Positions 12,175 to 25,773 are shown, counted from the first letter of the whole stretch. The stretch: 63,676 nucleotides of DNA, filler included, from Octopus bimaculoides (GCF_001194135.2; 9 parts of 9 records of this genome joined end to end with filler, not necessarily neighbours in it), one strand, 5' to 3'. Notes: a model not told the origin generated them from the letters alone. Program-made: numbers and translations.

Positions 12175-13540
12175 TAGAAGGTTCTATTTTGTCTTGAATA
12201 TTGTATTCATATGTAATCTTCTTTGGGTCTAAATTGACTAGTTTAAGAGTGCTTTTGCTAACTATTTTATATATTTTGGTAATTATGGTATGTATCAATA
12301 CTGAGGTTGTATGAGTTTCTTGTTTTATCAGAGTGTACAATAATTTTATTTTCTGTTCTTAGTTCATGCATTAAGTTCTTGATGGTTCTTTCGTGTATAT
12401 TCTCTATCACAAACATGTATGTATATTAAATATATTTTTATTCCTTTATTTCTTTATCACTGAATTTATTCTGTATTCTATTCTATCTTCATTGAACTCT
12501 ATCTGAACTTAAACTTTAAGTATGACTATAAGAAACATTATATATTTTTATACTAATATATAAATATAAGTTTGTATTTATATGTATTTATTTGTCTAGG
12601 TTCTTATATGCTTTTATATACAGAAATTTATTTAAGTTTTAGCTCTCGCTTTACTCATAGATAATTGCATGCATTTATTATACATTGGCGTGTAAATATT
12701 TTTGCGTAACAACTGAATTCTAGTCTTCCTATTTTCTTATTCTCTATTATTTTATTATATCTATTGTTGTATTTTTGTATTATCTCTATACATATAAATG
12801 CTATATTCTATTTTTATTATACATACATTCAAAAATTATATATATATATATATTACCACAATAAATTACCCGTTTGTATTTTTTGTATTTACATATTTAT
12901 AGAACACTATTATTTAAATTCGTATTAACTTCTTTAAATATATTTACCCTAATTATTATTTTTGAATTAAGTATATGTTAATTAAAGGATTAATAGAATA
13001 TATTAGTTATTTTTATACATTATAATAACTAGCCATATTATATTACGTTATTTAAATTCTTATAATTACACTCTTCTATGAATTTATTTGATACTTAATT
13101 ATAAGATTTAAATATATGATTCATTACTATATTTTCATTCTCAATTTATATTTTTATATTGCCTTCTCTAACCACACTACCTTCCCCCTCCTTTCTAGTT
13201 TTATACCATGTTCTTTCTATAAAACAACACTCAGTTAGCTGCTATGCTATGTTCACTTAACACATAAGCATATAACAATGTAATGGTATATCTATTTGCT
13301 ATCTCCAATGATATTTAACTTTATAATATTTATAATTATTCTAAAAAATTTCTAACGTTTTGATTCGAAAAAGCTGTCAGAGACTATATCTATTTTTGGA
13401 TAAATGGATAAATTATTAATTTAGCCACCTCTATTTTTTTTTTTTTCTTAGATAATCGTAAACCTCGGTTTATCCAATTATCATATTGTTAACATTGTTA
13501 ACTATTAAATATAATATTCAACAATTATGGTAGGTAATAT
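12175..13540 (-). mobile_element. Very AT-rich Penelope-like (Naiad-type) 5' remnant
   Basis: Minus strand KIIVHSDKTRNSYNL..ITKIYK..VNLDPKKITYEYNIQDKIEP aligns with IIVHSDKTRNSYTM..ITKNIYK of the element at 37209-37493. The upper limit is approximate. Confidence 0.65.
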
Positions 13541-13572
13541 ACCAGAAAATTCATTGGTTGTTNNNNNNNNNN

Positions 13573-13615
<43 letters not shown>

Positions 13616-13639
13616 CGTGTGTGTATACATATATATATT

Positions 13640-13920
13640 GGCAGTGCCACTGGACTGGCTCCTGTGCAGGTGGCACATAAAAAACACCATTTGAGCGTGG
13701 TCATTGCCAGTACCACCTGACTAGTACTTGTGCCGGTAACACGTAAAAGCACTCACTACACTCTCGGAATGGTTGGCGTTAGGAAGGACATCCAGCTGTA
13801 GAATCTCTGCCAGATCAGATTGGAGACTCATGCAGCCATCTGGTTTGCTAGTCCTCAGTCAAATCGTCCAACCCATGCCAGCATGAAAAACGGACGTTAA
13901 ACGATGATGATGATATATAT
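13640..13920 (+). mobile_element. RTE LINE 3'UTR/tail copy
   Basis: Homologous to 4069-4470 on the opposite strand; ends gacgttaaacgatgatgatga. Confidence 0.75.
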
Positions 13921-13964
13921 AAAATTATATATCTATAAAAGAGTTGTATATTAGTGAGTGTGAG

Positions 13965-14027
<63 letters not shown>

Positions 14028-14239
14028 AAGCGTATGATCCTTATGCATTCCAAATCCGAGTTTCCGATTTTGAGGTACGGGGTGTCAAAAGATTCAGTAA
14101 TCTTTCGGATAAAAAATATATTTCATTTTCATTTACATATTTTCATTACAAAAATTTATCATAATTTTTCTTTTCATCCCTTGTCATAAATGACTTTTTC
14201 TACCACCACCACCACAACGAAGGACAACGTCACATTTCC

Positions 14240-14460
14240 TATATGAGTGTGTTCACGATTTCGTTACGTATTTTTAGACCGATGACTGAGAAGTATATGC
14301 GGGTGACGGTTTTTGTGTCAGCCAGTATTTATACATTTTTGTGAAGAGTTACACACACACACATACATACACATCTATAGACAGAGACGGACACACAGGG
14401 ACAGAGATAAAACTGAGGTGTGCGTATATGTATGTTTGTGTGTGTCTGTCTTAGTATAGA
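14240..14460 (+). mobile_element. Helitron non-coding segment, inverted homolog of about 9470-9700
   Basis: Reverse complement matches tactaagacagacacacac...cacacctca..ttatct..gtccctgtgtgt and tcagtcatcggtctaa. Confidence 0.65.
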
Positions 14461-15352
14461 TATGCCCAACAGTGAAACGTGCCGATTTTGAAAGAGTTTA
14501 GTCAAGTTGCCGCCTGAACGTTGAACGAACAACAGCGTTCTCTTTGAAGTACCACCAACATGAAGATCTGGCTGCTTTGACAGCACTCACAATACTCGCA
14601 ATTATATCTGAAGATAAATTGTTATTCTAGTTATTATAACAAATTCGGAAACTTGGCGAGATAGGAAACCTTAGCGGCTCTTTCAATATAAAGAAATGTT
14701 ATTCCACTCATAACCAGTTTGCAGATAATGCTTTTTAAAACAATTCTAGCGTCCTTATCGTATTCCTGTTATGCTGTTTCATCATTGAGTATTCAACGCC
14801 GCACAACCTTTTTATTGTCTTAGTATCTATTCTACTGACTATAACCTTACAAAGTTAAAATACATAGTAATGTCAAATTAATATATTTCTTTCTACATAC
14901 GTCCTTCATCAAATGTTTTAAATTAATTAACGTTCACAACAGCAACATATTCCTTTGTATACACTTTGTTCAGCGTTCATTTCAAACTTGTAATTAATAA
15001 ATTATTTTTGCATGAAAAGTTGAATTATGCCTTCGGGATTTTATGGGAGCTTCACTTTCTTCACCGTTACTTCCACTTGTGAATTTTATAACATTTAGTA
15101 CATGTTCCAAATAAATGTTTACTTTCTGTACTTCGTTACATTGGTGACGCATAGTAACTTTTGCTAAATTGGTGACTTTCCAAAGCTGGAATATTTCTTT
15201 TGGAAATATTCCCTAAAAACCGTTTTTATAGCATAACTGTACTGCAAGAAAGTGTGTTGCAATTATATTGACTACATTTTGTTTCGCTTGAATTTCGTGT
15301 ATTTATGTTTTGCTATTTTCAATATTATCAATTCTATGAGTGTATATGTGTC

Positions 15353-15374
<22 letters not shown>

Positions 15375-15384
<10 letters not shown>

Positions 15385-15750
15385 TTTCTGCGTTCGTTAC
15401 GTCTAAAGTAGACTATACTAAAGAATATTTTACGCTGTTTTAAACAGCCCACATCTAATGAAGTAGCCATCTTTATGGTGGGTGATCTCCATGAAAAGTA
15501 TGACATTCCCATTCGCGTTCGAGATAACGACCTTAAGCGTGTTTCACAGACACATCTCTCTTATGATGCTCTCCAGTATCCTCTTATTCTGTGGGTGGAA
15601 TGGACAAGATTGGTATCATTTCAATATTCCACAGATTGAACCTGCAACAGGAGAGCCAATTACAAACAAAAAAGTGTCGTGAAATGACTTCTGTTCTTAC
15701 CAGCTGATGTTAAGATCTGAACAATCAAACCAATTATACATGTCGTATAA
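15375..15750 (+). pseudogene. Second Helitron N-terminal fragment
   Basis: PTSNEVAIFMVGDLHEKYDIPIRVRDNDLKRVSQTHLSYDALQYPLILW..WYHFNIPQIEPATGEPITNKKVS, paralogous to 8950-9290. Confidence 0.88.
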
Positions 15751-18700
15751 ACTTCATTTTCATTTTCATATTTTCTACGTTATCTCAACAACCAGCTTTA
15801 GTTATTTGAAATCCACTGCTCTACGACGACCAGGTTTCATTAGAAAGTGGAAATAGTTTCACACTTTCAATTCGAACTAAAATTACAAAGCGTTGCATTA
15901 CGAGAGTGACGATGTGTGAATAATGAAAGTCATGTTTCTTCAAATTAATCCCGTCTGTGTTATAATAAAGAAACCTGCTTATCATCTATCTACCAAATAA
16001 ACTACGTTTTTGGCACAACTCTTTTTACTTCTAAAATAAACTCGGAAACGAGGTGAGGTCACATAATTATGAGATCATTTTCGGGCACTATTTCGATTTG
16101 CTTCTAATGTTTCGATGCTTCACGCATGCGTTGAATTCTACTCAGACAAACATTTATGAAAATGTTCGCATAAGTATTGTATTAAATAAGCTACAACCAA
16201 AAGAATTGCATTAAAAGACATTTATTTCACTATATGTTATGAGGAAATACAGTCTCTCACACGCGCATGCACAAAAAAGATGTTTGCATATGTATTTATG
16301 TAGTGTATATGACAGATAATGTGAGACAGAGGGAAATAGGCAGAGAGTGAGTGCCGCTTACACATACATCCAAAAAAATTCATACCTCACAAGACATACC
16401 TTCACTTTCTCACTCACTCAGTCACTCAGTCACTCATACACACTCACTCTTTTTCTTTCTCTATCACAAACACATCCATTTCATATACATGTACATACAT
16501 TTTTCACTTTCTCCTCCATTTCAATTTCCGCTCTCTTCAAATCATAAAGAAATTAAATTTTTACGGAAATTAACGAACAATTATATAATCTCATATGATC
16601 GAGTTGATAACTTTACTTCTTCAAACTAAAGAATGCCATAAAATAGCTTACTTTGGCACACACATGCACTCACATACACACCCACAACACCCACCCACAA
16701 CANNNNNNNNNNACCCACAACACCCACCCACAACACACACTAGGTACAACGTCTGTACGAAACATGTTATTTCTTGTATGCACGCGCAAATTTACTGCTC
16801 AAATCTAATTGAAATGACCTTTTTCTATTGTGTAATTTATATTTCTGTGAGCGTATTTAAGAACCTGATCTTCGATATGAACTTAAAAGGAAGTTTTCAA
16901 GAAATATTGTACTTCACCTCTTTTTTCTAACATGTCCGAGGTGACATTTGCGCACTCACTTTATTTTTTCCTAAGTTTCTTCTGATTCCTATGTTTGCAA
17001 TACAGGAGATTAGGATTTCACCCATAAAATGCGTTCTCAGTATTTTAATTTTCTTCCTCTCCACACCAGATTCATTTTAACTTTTTTCAATCTTTTATAC
17101 TTGGTAATCCATGGAGAATGTTCTCATCGCGTCACTACTTTCAAGAATCTACACACTCCCAACGTTTCACTTTTATCTTTTTGGAAAGCGGGCAAGTTTC
17201 TTCAGAAATAATGTCATTTACCTGCTTTTTCTAGGATGTTGAGTTTTCGGGTATTTTTTACGTCTGCGGTTTCCCTAGAATTCCACGCATTCGTGAAGTA
17301 TCAGACGAAAGTGAAGGATTGGGAGACTTTAGCTTTTTGAAAGCGAGTTGGAGATGGGTGGGCGAGGTGGGGGAAGGGTCATTGAGTGTTTCTTTAAGAA
17401 AAATACATTTATTTCCTAGATTCATAATCTTTTTTATTTTTCTATGTGGATAACAAAAGAAAAAAAATCGAAAAATTTACAAATTAAGAAATTGCGGTGG
17501 GGATGGGAGGAAATCAAAATTTTTCTGGACAAAATCGTATTGTTTCCATTATAGTTGTACTATATCATAAGAATATTTCCGATTGTCTTTGATTCTAGCC
17601 CATAGTTAAGCTTATTCAAATCGTTTGCTATATATGCTATTCTTTCAACAATTGTAAAATAGATTTAAGTACTCAATTACTGTAGAAAGGTCAAGAATGG
17701 TAAAGCAACATTTTCTCAAAGACAATTGAGTCTAAATTTTTTTATGAACTGCTCCCTTTCTGACATAATGATAAAAATAAAAGACACTGACTCCTGATTG
17801 TAATTCTATAAGAAAGAATGTTATTAATTTAAAAGATTATAAATTCAGTATTCCCTAAGAGAACTTTACACCAACTAAAGAAAGTATGCACCAGAAAAAA
17901 AAAAAATGAAAAGATATATAGTTCACAGATTTCTTTAAACTTTCAGCAATCTTTAGTTTTAAAATGACCATGGAATATACATGGATACTGCTCGTCATTT
18001 ATATTATCCTCATGAGTATCTTACCTATTCATTTGCCATAAAGTAATTTAATTTAAATTTCCTACAAACCTCAGGGTACCTGTTTCTTTTTGTATTTTCA
18101 TTGTTATAATAGTTTTAAGAGAGACAAAGGGAAAAGTGAAGTATCTAGGATCTTTGAAGGATTTCTGAAACAGGTGGTGGTTAGAGAGTAAAAAGCTACA
18201 AGTCATGTGTTGTCTTTACTTTCTACTTTGATTCATGTAAATAATATGACTGAATCCCAAGAATCAACAAAACAAATAAGACTCTTCAGATAATGCTCAT
18301 AGAACCAGCTCCTGCTGTATTTAGCAAGAGTTCTCTGCTACATAACCGCATACTCCTTTAATCGCTTACAAATAGTAAATCTCGACGAACGAAGTAAAGT
18401 AAGAAATAATGAGTTTAATACGGAATGAATTTTTGAGTTCATTGCACACAAATTTGTGTCTATTTCACACAAATTCTAGTCAGAACCAGAAACTAGATCC
18501 AATGTCAAACATGTGACCAAGATGATTGATAATATTTGAGAAGAGACGGAACACTGCCAAACTAATGTGTTTATTCTTGATACTAAGGAAACTGAGGCTA
18601 TGTAGAATATGGTATTTTCCCCAAAAACAATGAAATACTTGAAGCAGTATAGAACTTATTCTCTTAGGTCTGGTAATCTAACACTTTATGCACTCAATCA

Positions 18701-18964
18701 TTTTACTATTTCAGTTAAGATATAATAGAAAAGCAATACACACACAAAAGCCAAAAACTTTGAATATTACTTTCCTTATTAAAAAATTAGCATTGTATCA
18801 TGAATGGAAATTATATGGGTCTTTTCTTGATTCCTTGATGTAATTTAATATTTAAATGTTAAAACTTAATAATTAATATTAAACTTCCAAACATCAACAG
18901 TAAAATGTTATAAATCAATGCTTAATGTTAATATGGAGAATGGATTAGATAAGAAGTTAAAAAA

Positions 18965-19190
18965 AAGGCGGTGAGCTGGCAGAATCGTTTACGTGTCGGG
19001 CGAAATGCTTAGCTGTATTTCGTCAGCCGTTACGTTCTGAGTTTAAATTCCACCGAGGTCGACTTTGCCTTTCATCCTTTCGGAGTCGATAAATTAAGTA
19101 CCAGTTACGCACTGGGGTCGATATAATCGACCTAATACCTTGTTTGTCCCCTCCATGTTTAGCCCCTTGTGGGCAATAAAAGAAATAAGA
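18965..19190 (+). mobile_element. tRNA-type SINE family B, near full length
   Basis: Head ggcggtgagctggcagaatcg and B-box-like gagtttaaattcc. Other copies at 10395, 47658, 59548 and 63110. Confidence 0.82.
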
Positions 19191-19230
19191 AGTTAAAAAA
19201 AAATGGAAAATATCTGAAACAGAAATTTAC

Positions 19231-19394
19231 CTCCTTATTCACTAGGGATTCTTTGTTTTGTACACGGTTCCATGGTGCAATACCAATAGTTTTCACTTCA
19301 TTCATGGCAGCCACTTTACTTTCATTATCATGTATAGCTTCCCCAATATGTTTTGCAACTCCAGTATGTAAACCTTCAGTTATGATCCAGGCAT
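19231..19394 (-). CDS. TRPM: TRPM-family channel internal exon (SLOG/MHR1-2 domain), 164 bp
   Basis: Acceptor tctcttgtcttgcag and donor GAG|gtaaat. Translates (D)AWIITEGLHTGVAKHIGEAIHDNESKVAAMNEVKTIGIAPWNRVQNKESLVNKE, matching the TRPM motif GAWIxTGG..TGVxKHVGEA..IGIAPW. Its phase-1 start fits the upstream exon. The subfamily cannot be assigned by eye. Confidence 0.93.
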
Positions 19395-20329
19395 CTGCAA
19401 GACAAGAGATCAATAATTATATTCAAATAATGATTTCTTATTCTAAAACTACAGTATATATATTTGGACAAAATACCCTATGACATTTAGTTATATTCCT
19501 TCACATTCAGACTTCACACAAAAAGGATGAATTTTCTCTTTGTCAGTGTAAGCCTGATGAAATATGCACCAGTCATTAACTGAGGTTAATCTAATCATTG
19601 ATATATTTCTCATTATGGAAGTAAGGATATGATATACTGAATCAACCTAGAACTCAATTATCGATTTTTAATCAGTCCTTGACAAAACGTGTAAAACAAA
19701 AATACAACCCAAGCAGAATGTGAACTCATAACTGAAAGAAGCAAAACCTAAATACAACAATATACTTAGTTCAGCCTTTTTCAGTTATAGTCATCAGCAC
19801 AAAAGCATATTTTATTCAATATTGATAACTGGAGAGGTATCGTGTGTTAAAGAACAAGAGTAAAGTCTTAAATGAAAGTGTCACATGATTTCAGTTATTG
19901 GCTCAAGTCTAGTAATGCTCAGGAATACCTCAGGTAACCTCTATATTGTCACTTGACCTTTGGAATACAACAATTATATCACCTTTTCCCCCTTCCATCT
20001 TTGAAGAGGAGAGAACACACTGGATAAAGTAGTGTAACAAACCCTTTATAAGATGAGATGGTCATTGCTGGAATTGTTTTGAACACAGGTCTGTTGAATT
20101 AAGCTTGACCTAGGTTTCAACAACAACAAACACAGCTAAACTAGAAAACCTTTATAACAAGTCAAAATGAATTATTATTACAAATAAAAGATAAATCCTT
20201 TGGAATTACAAAAAATAAAGAGATTCAGCTGCTACTATTTTTGTAGATAAATCCTATGCAAGTATAGAATAAGATATATCTCAGCAGGGATCTGAGAATA
20301 CTGAGAGTACTCCCTGTCGTGTTAGTTGA

Positions 20330-20570
20330 GGAAAGGTGGCCCTAAGGAGGAAGGACTCAGGCAAGAAGTATGTAGCCAATAACTTTAAGTACTTACAGAG
20401 TGGTTGAGATGCTAGTGACAGATAGTGTGTCAGGAATACTCAGATCTGTACAATTCTTGAGGGATCTATCCTTAATATCTTCTGCCTCATACATCATAGA
20501 GAGCGTAAGGTATGGATCTGAATTTTGGATGAGGTCTGCCAATCTCAGTCACAAATCTTTGGTTATCCCA
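20330..20570 (+). pseudogene. Highly decayed RTE-type RT thumb fragment
   Basis: NNFKYLQS and VRYGSEFW resemble FKYLGS and LYGSETW. Confidence 0.4.
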
Positions 20571-20739
20571 TGGTTATAATGAAAGACAGTTGACCAAGGT
20601 GTTACAAATTGGGGCGGAACCAGAAAATACATAATTGCAATGTGAACTCAATAAACTTACAACCATATTATTCCAGGATATTGATCAATTTGATTGGGTT
20701 TGAATAATGTTACTTGGAAATTGTACTGTTCAGTAGTCA

Positions 20740-21250
20740 AATGAAATGGTCATCTATTGAAACCCTTTTACACTGTGTGCTTGGTCGGTCAAGAATCTCC
20801 CCTTTTGTCCTTTCTATATATTTTACCACAGAATTCATTGCTGTGAGATGTTGAATGTCATTCCACATGATTTGGGAGACATATATTTCGATCTGTTTGA
20901 CAGGAGTCAACAACTTAACATCTATCACATGGATTACCTGAACGTGCCATCATTTCTAACTTGTATCTCTAAAATGTCTGTGATCCTTTCCTTTGAATTT
21001 ACTATTTGAGAAACTTCTTTCTATGAATGATATATGTTTCATAGAATTTGTTTATTCTTTCTAGTATTTGCACAACTTCTGTAAGTTGTTTTCCATCTTT
21101 ATAATTTAGGCTAATGATTGTGTTGCATCCCATACTTAACTTTTGCATACTTTTTTTTAAACATTTTTTTTTGTCTTCAATTATTTCTTTTATCGTCTCC
21201 ATATTTTACTTTCTTTTGTTTTCTCTGATTTTTTTCTTTACTATTTTTTT
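20740..21250 (-). pseudogene. Decayed RTE-type LINE linker fragment
   Basis: IISLNYKDGKQLTEVVQILERINKFYE resembles the RTE inter-domain motif (..L.D.DG......IL.R..EFY..L). Confidence 0.5.
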
Positions 21251-22510
21251 CTTTACTAAAGCTTGCCGAAACTATGGGCAGCTTTTAGAAGCTATTTAGT
21301 TCCGTAGTATTCTTAGTTAAAATTTTAAAGTCATTCATGCATAGAAATAGCTTATTGTTTGTCCATAGCATCTGTAACCCATGGTGGTTCCATTTAACGA
21401 ATTTGTTAGTAGGGTCTGAGTAGGGTAGAAAATTATCATTATTATCATTATTATTCCTTCGTAACACAGTGTAGGTAAACTGAACTGGAGTCTTTAGTCA
21501 TCTGTCAAGTCACAACAAGGACCGCTGTACCCAATAAGGCTGCTTTTTGCAAGACATCAATCTTGCATGCGATTTCCAGTTGCCTTAAGAAGTTTTGAAG
21601 TTTGAGTTCGATTGATCCCAGCGCTCTAATCACCACTGCCATCACTTTTACATTATCCATATAGTGTTGCCATTTCCACTTTCAGTTCGGAGTACGTGGT
21701 GATTTTTTCAACCTCTTTACTCACAACATTCATGTCATTTGGTATGGCTACATCTATGATCTGACAGTATTTGTTTCTCTTATTCAATATGACAATATCC
21801 GGCTGACGGTTTTCGATTACACGATCCTCTGAAAATCATAGTCCCAGAGTATTGTTACTTATCCATCCACCCGCATAACTTTACTTGGTACATGCTCATG
21901 CCAGTTCTCTGATACTTCATATTGGTATTTACAGCATAAGAACCAATGAAGACACACACACACACACTATCGTGATGGCACTTGTATTCTTTTTGTGCAA
22001 TGTTCTCACAGCCACTTACCAAGTGGGTCACATTTTCCACACTCTTTCCACAGTCTGTATTTCTGGGTGTCAGAAGTTTTATAGATGTTAAACTTCACTG
22101 AATTGTTAGCGAGAGCCTGGTTTTGTGCAGCAATGATCAGGCTTTCGGTGATACGTTTCAAATCACTTCACTGAAGCCATGCCCACGATGCTGTATTATC
22201 TTTAACATCTTGTGTATTCCATTCAAACTGTCAATACATTCTCATTTCAAGGTCTTCTTTTCGTTTCTCCTCAGTTCCATGCAGTAGTGCCGCATGCAGT
22301 GTCATCAGCTTTCTCGTCCTTTTATCCACTGTTGATATTTCCTACTTAGTCCATTTGAAGATGGATGCACTATATCTGACCACCATAACTACCCAGATAC
22401 TCATTGCAGTAATCAAATTTTTGGCATTCAGGTTGGATTTCAACACTATCTTCACCCTTTTTGATACGCCTCGCTGACCTTCACTTTCAATTCTCTTTGT
22501 AGAATAACAT

Positions 22511-23135
22511 GCCTAGGTGAGACAGGCTGACACTGAAGTGGCTTCGCGCCCTCCATTGTCAGTTAAAGTTTAGACAGTGTCATGTGACAACTTGCTGGGG
22601 CTGCCTACTGGACCCTAGCAGCGGGAAATTTAGACAGTGTCACGTGACAACTTGCTGGGGCAGCCTGCTGGAGCCTAGCAGCAGGTATAAAAAGGAGAAT
22701 TTGACATGACAATCAGTCGGACGCTGACACTCGTTGATGCTGCATCGAAGAGGCCAAGGAATAGAAGAAAGAAGACATGCACCCAACACCAGAGCTGAAN
22801 NNNNNNNNNNNNNNNNNNNNNNNNNNNNNNNNNNNNNNNNNNNNGTGACAACTTGCTGGGGCAGCCTGCTGGAGCCTAGCAGCAGGTATAAAAAGGAGAA
22901 TTTGACATGACAATCAGTCGGACGCTGACACTCGTTGATGCTGCATCGAAGAGGCCAAGGAATAGAAGAAAGAAGACATGCACCCAACACCAGAGTTGAA
23001 GACACCTCAAAACGGTAGAGGAGTAGGAGCCGAAACTGGACGTGGTTCCTCCTGATGATGTCTTGAGCTAACTGGATCCTATAAAGGAGCTGTTGTGGTA
23101 GAAGACCACGAAACATGGTTGAAATTCTTTCCTTG
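22511..23135 (+). mobile_element. Non-coding insert in the R4 LINE; solo Penelope pseudo-LTR-like
   Basis: The LINE reading GLD|VILQRELK resumes across it. 60-bp tandem (22569/22629), TATAAAAAGG, and a hammerhead-like motif at the 3' end. 22644-22798 is repeated at 22845-22998 across a gap. Confidence 0.6.
23045..23127 (+). ncRNA. Degenerate hammerhead-ribozyme-like motif
   Basis: CTGATGA (23052-58); GTCTT...AAGAC stem II; GAAAC-ATG-GTT (23110-20). Stem I is poor. Confidence 0.4.
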
Positions 23136-24787
23136 ATCCAGCCCCCAAATCCCTAAATATCTATACCTTCTACCGTTGGGTTCACCCATGGTATCTCCTG
23201 ATGGTAACCGCAATCCTCTGCAGGCTGCTTTCTTCCCTCTTTTCATATTAAGTACTGAGCATTTGGTAATCCCAAATTCTATACCGATGTCACTACCACA
23301 CTTCTGGACTGTTTTGGTCAGATTTCCAAAACAATTTCCGGTCATCCATAAACAGAAGATGGATCAATGATGGGCCTTTTTTTCCCCATATCAGTAACCC
23401 ATCTTAACTTTCCTCAGTGTCATTGTTATGGGTGAAATTACAAAATCTAACGGTGAAAACGAGTCACCTTGGAAGATTCCCCTTTTAATATTAACTTCTC
23501 CGAGGAATACATTATTTGAATACAATTTGGTTTTCCACTCTTTTATGCTATGCATCAGAAAATTTGTGATGTTGTCAGCAACACCAAACATCTGCAGGCA
23601 TTCAACGATCCAAGAATGAGGCTTCATGTCATATGCCTTCTTAAAGTCAATCCAAGCTATAGACATGTTTGTATTATGTTTTTTAACAATACCTCAAAAC
23701 TGTTTCATCGATGACCAGGTAATCCTTGGTACCCTGAGAACTCTTCCTACATCCTTTTTGTTCCATTGGTAGTATTTCTTCCTGTGCCAGGAGAGTGTAT
23801 GTCTTTGCCGCACATATTCCAGTGAGTAGCTTCCAGATTATGTTTAGTCATGCTACGGGACGATAGTTTCCCACAATATCCCCCTTTCTTCTATCTTTCA
23901 TTACAAGCGTTGTCCTCCCAGTCATCATCCACGCAAGGATTGTACCTTTCTGGAGACACTCATTCAATTGGGCTACTAGTCTTTCATGCACCGCATAGCA
24001 TCTCTTCAACCAGAAGCCATGAATCCCATCTGATCCGGGGGCTTTCCAGTTAGGCACTTTACCCAATAGTACTTTCACATCACACAAGCTCATAACAATA
24101 TTCCTTTGTTTCTTTCCTCCTTGTAATTCTGTCTTGATAGTTTCTATCTATATTGCATCCCTTTTACGTAGTACATTGTTTCCCCATAATCCGCTCCAGA
24201 ACTCCTTGGCTTGATTTGCACCAGGAGCAACATTTTCCCCCCTTGTCTCCTTCTAACGTTCAGAAGAATTGCTTCGGGTTATGAACAATCTGTTCTCTTA
24301 AGCTGTAATTTCTCCTCAAGAAGTAGCGCAATAACTAGGAGAAGATTCCTTGTTTGTGTTATGTCCTCCGTCAGGATGTATGGTATGACAGTATTTATCT
24401 TTTGTGTTACTTTATTGATCATACTCCTATCTAACCTTCTCATTTTCATGGGGAATTTTGTTCTGGAACATTCATCAACTCGGTGAGATATCTTTGAATT
24501 TCAATCAATTCATTATCTAGTTGGTTCATTTCCCTTGCATGTCCATCCTCCACAGTATCAGAGTTCACTGTATAACGTTCCTATTCCTCATCTTTAACAG
24601 CCCCATCACTATTCCACTCTTTCTCCCGTCTACTCTTCTCCCTGCTTTCAATTCCTACATCGCTATTTTCAACTGCGGCCATCCTTTGTAGCTCATTCGC
24701 AGGGTCTCTCAGACTCTCACTAATCCGAGATATTTCTACTCCAGATAAGTATCCCTTCCTCCTAATAACTCTCAGTTGGTTCATTAG

Positions 24788-24844
<57 letters not shown>

Positions 24845-24845
<1 letters not shown>

Positions 24846-25358
24846 GACTCGCCGAGACACACCCAGCATTCAAGGACGTGTGAAGGCTATGAGATTTTAC
24901 AGTATGACTGAAAGCTTGGGGTGGGGAAGTGGCAGGGGCAGTAGCAAAATATCTTCACGTAATACAACACAGACATTTAAATTGATAGGGCTTTTCTAAA
25001 GATGTGGGCAGCACTTGTCAGCACAATAGCTGAGACTTGGTTCTTCTGGGACATTATCTACATGTTCCTGACATCCCTTTCTTATCATTCGTAGGGCACT
25101 ACAATAACAAGAACAATCCTCGATTTAAGATGCCACATCTTTTTTATTTCAATTTCCAGATACTTACATTCACTTAATTTGTGAAATTCTTTTACAGATA
25201 TATTTTTATCAGTGGAAAAACTTAAATCAATTAGACTTCAAATATTATCTTCCCTGTCTTTATTAACTATGTCTGGTCGATTTTCCTGAATCATTCTGTC
25301 TGTATTGACTAGAAAATCACAGTAGATAGTGACATTTTTACCTTCAACGACTGGCTTG
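24845..25358 (-). mobile_element. R4/Dong 3' fragment (RLE domain)
   Basis: IYCDFLVNTDRMIQENRPDIV..LIDLS..KYLEIEIKKMWHLK..AAHIFRKALSI*. (TAA)n on both sides. Confidence 0.85.
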
Positions 25359-25395
25359 TTATTATTATTATAGTTATTATTATTATTATTATTAA

Positions 25396-25465
<70 letters not shown>

Positions 25466-25717
25466 CAGTAGTTTTATTTTTATAACGTGCTTTCACTGCA
25501 CTACCGAGCGCAGCTCTGTGTGCCTTGGGTATGTGCTGTGGTTTGCTGTGATGCTCTTATGGTTACTGTATTGAAAGTGTTTTGCGTAGGATGTGTGCAG
25601 TGCCCAGTAGTGCAATTTTCTGTATGTTATATATATTTGTATGTCCTGGTTTTTTTGTTATGTATTTGTCTGAATATTTTTTTATTATACCTAAGGCACC
25701 TACTATGATAGGAATTG

Positions 25718-25719
<2 letters not shown>
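25466..25719 (-). mobile_element. R4/Dong extreme 3' fragment with 3'UTR
   Basis: TIPIIVGALGIIKK..NIQKIALLGTAHILRKTLSIQ*. Flanked by (CAA)/(TAA)n. Confidence 0.88.

Positions 25720-25773
<54 letters not shown>

Larger units (their letters stand above)
21455..24787 (-). mobile_element. R4/Dong-clade (RT + RLE) non-LTR retrotransposon, 5'-truncated and decayed
   Basis: NWKAPGSDGIHGFWLK; NYRP; AWIDFKKAYD..PHSW; RGIFQGDSFSPL; YRYLGI; E.VTHLVSGC (CCHC); RQPDIV (RLE); LQKAALLGTA. Bounded by (TAA)n-like tracts. Confidence 0.92.

Noticed and set aside
17222-17274. 53-bp AG..GT bounded segment on minus (GNRRRKKYPKTQHPRKS or ETADVKNTRKLNILEKA)
   Set aside because: Weak polypyrimidine tract and no convincing TRPM motif in the required phase 0.
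22644-22998. About 155-bp direct repeat across a gap (similar cases near 4800-4920, 16680-16740 and 41818-41888)
   Set aside because: Near-identical sequence on both sides of N runs most likely reflects unmerged contig or allele overlap.
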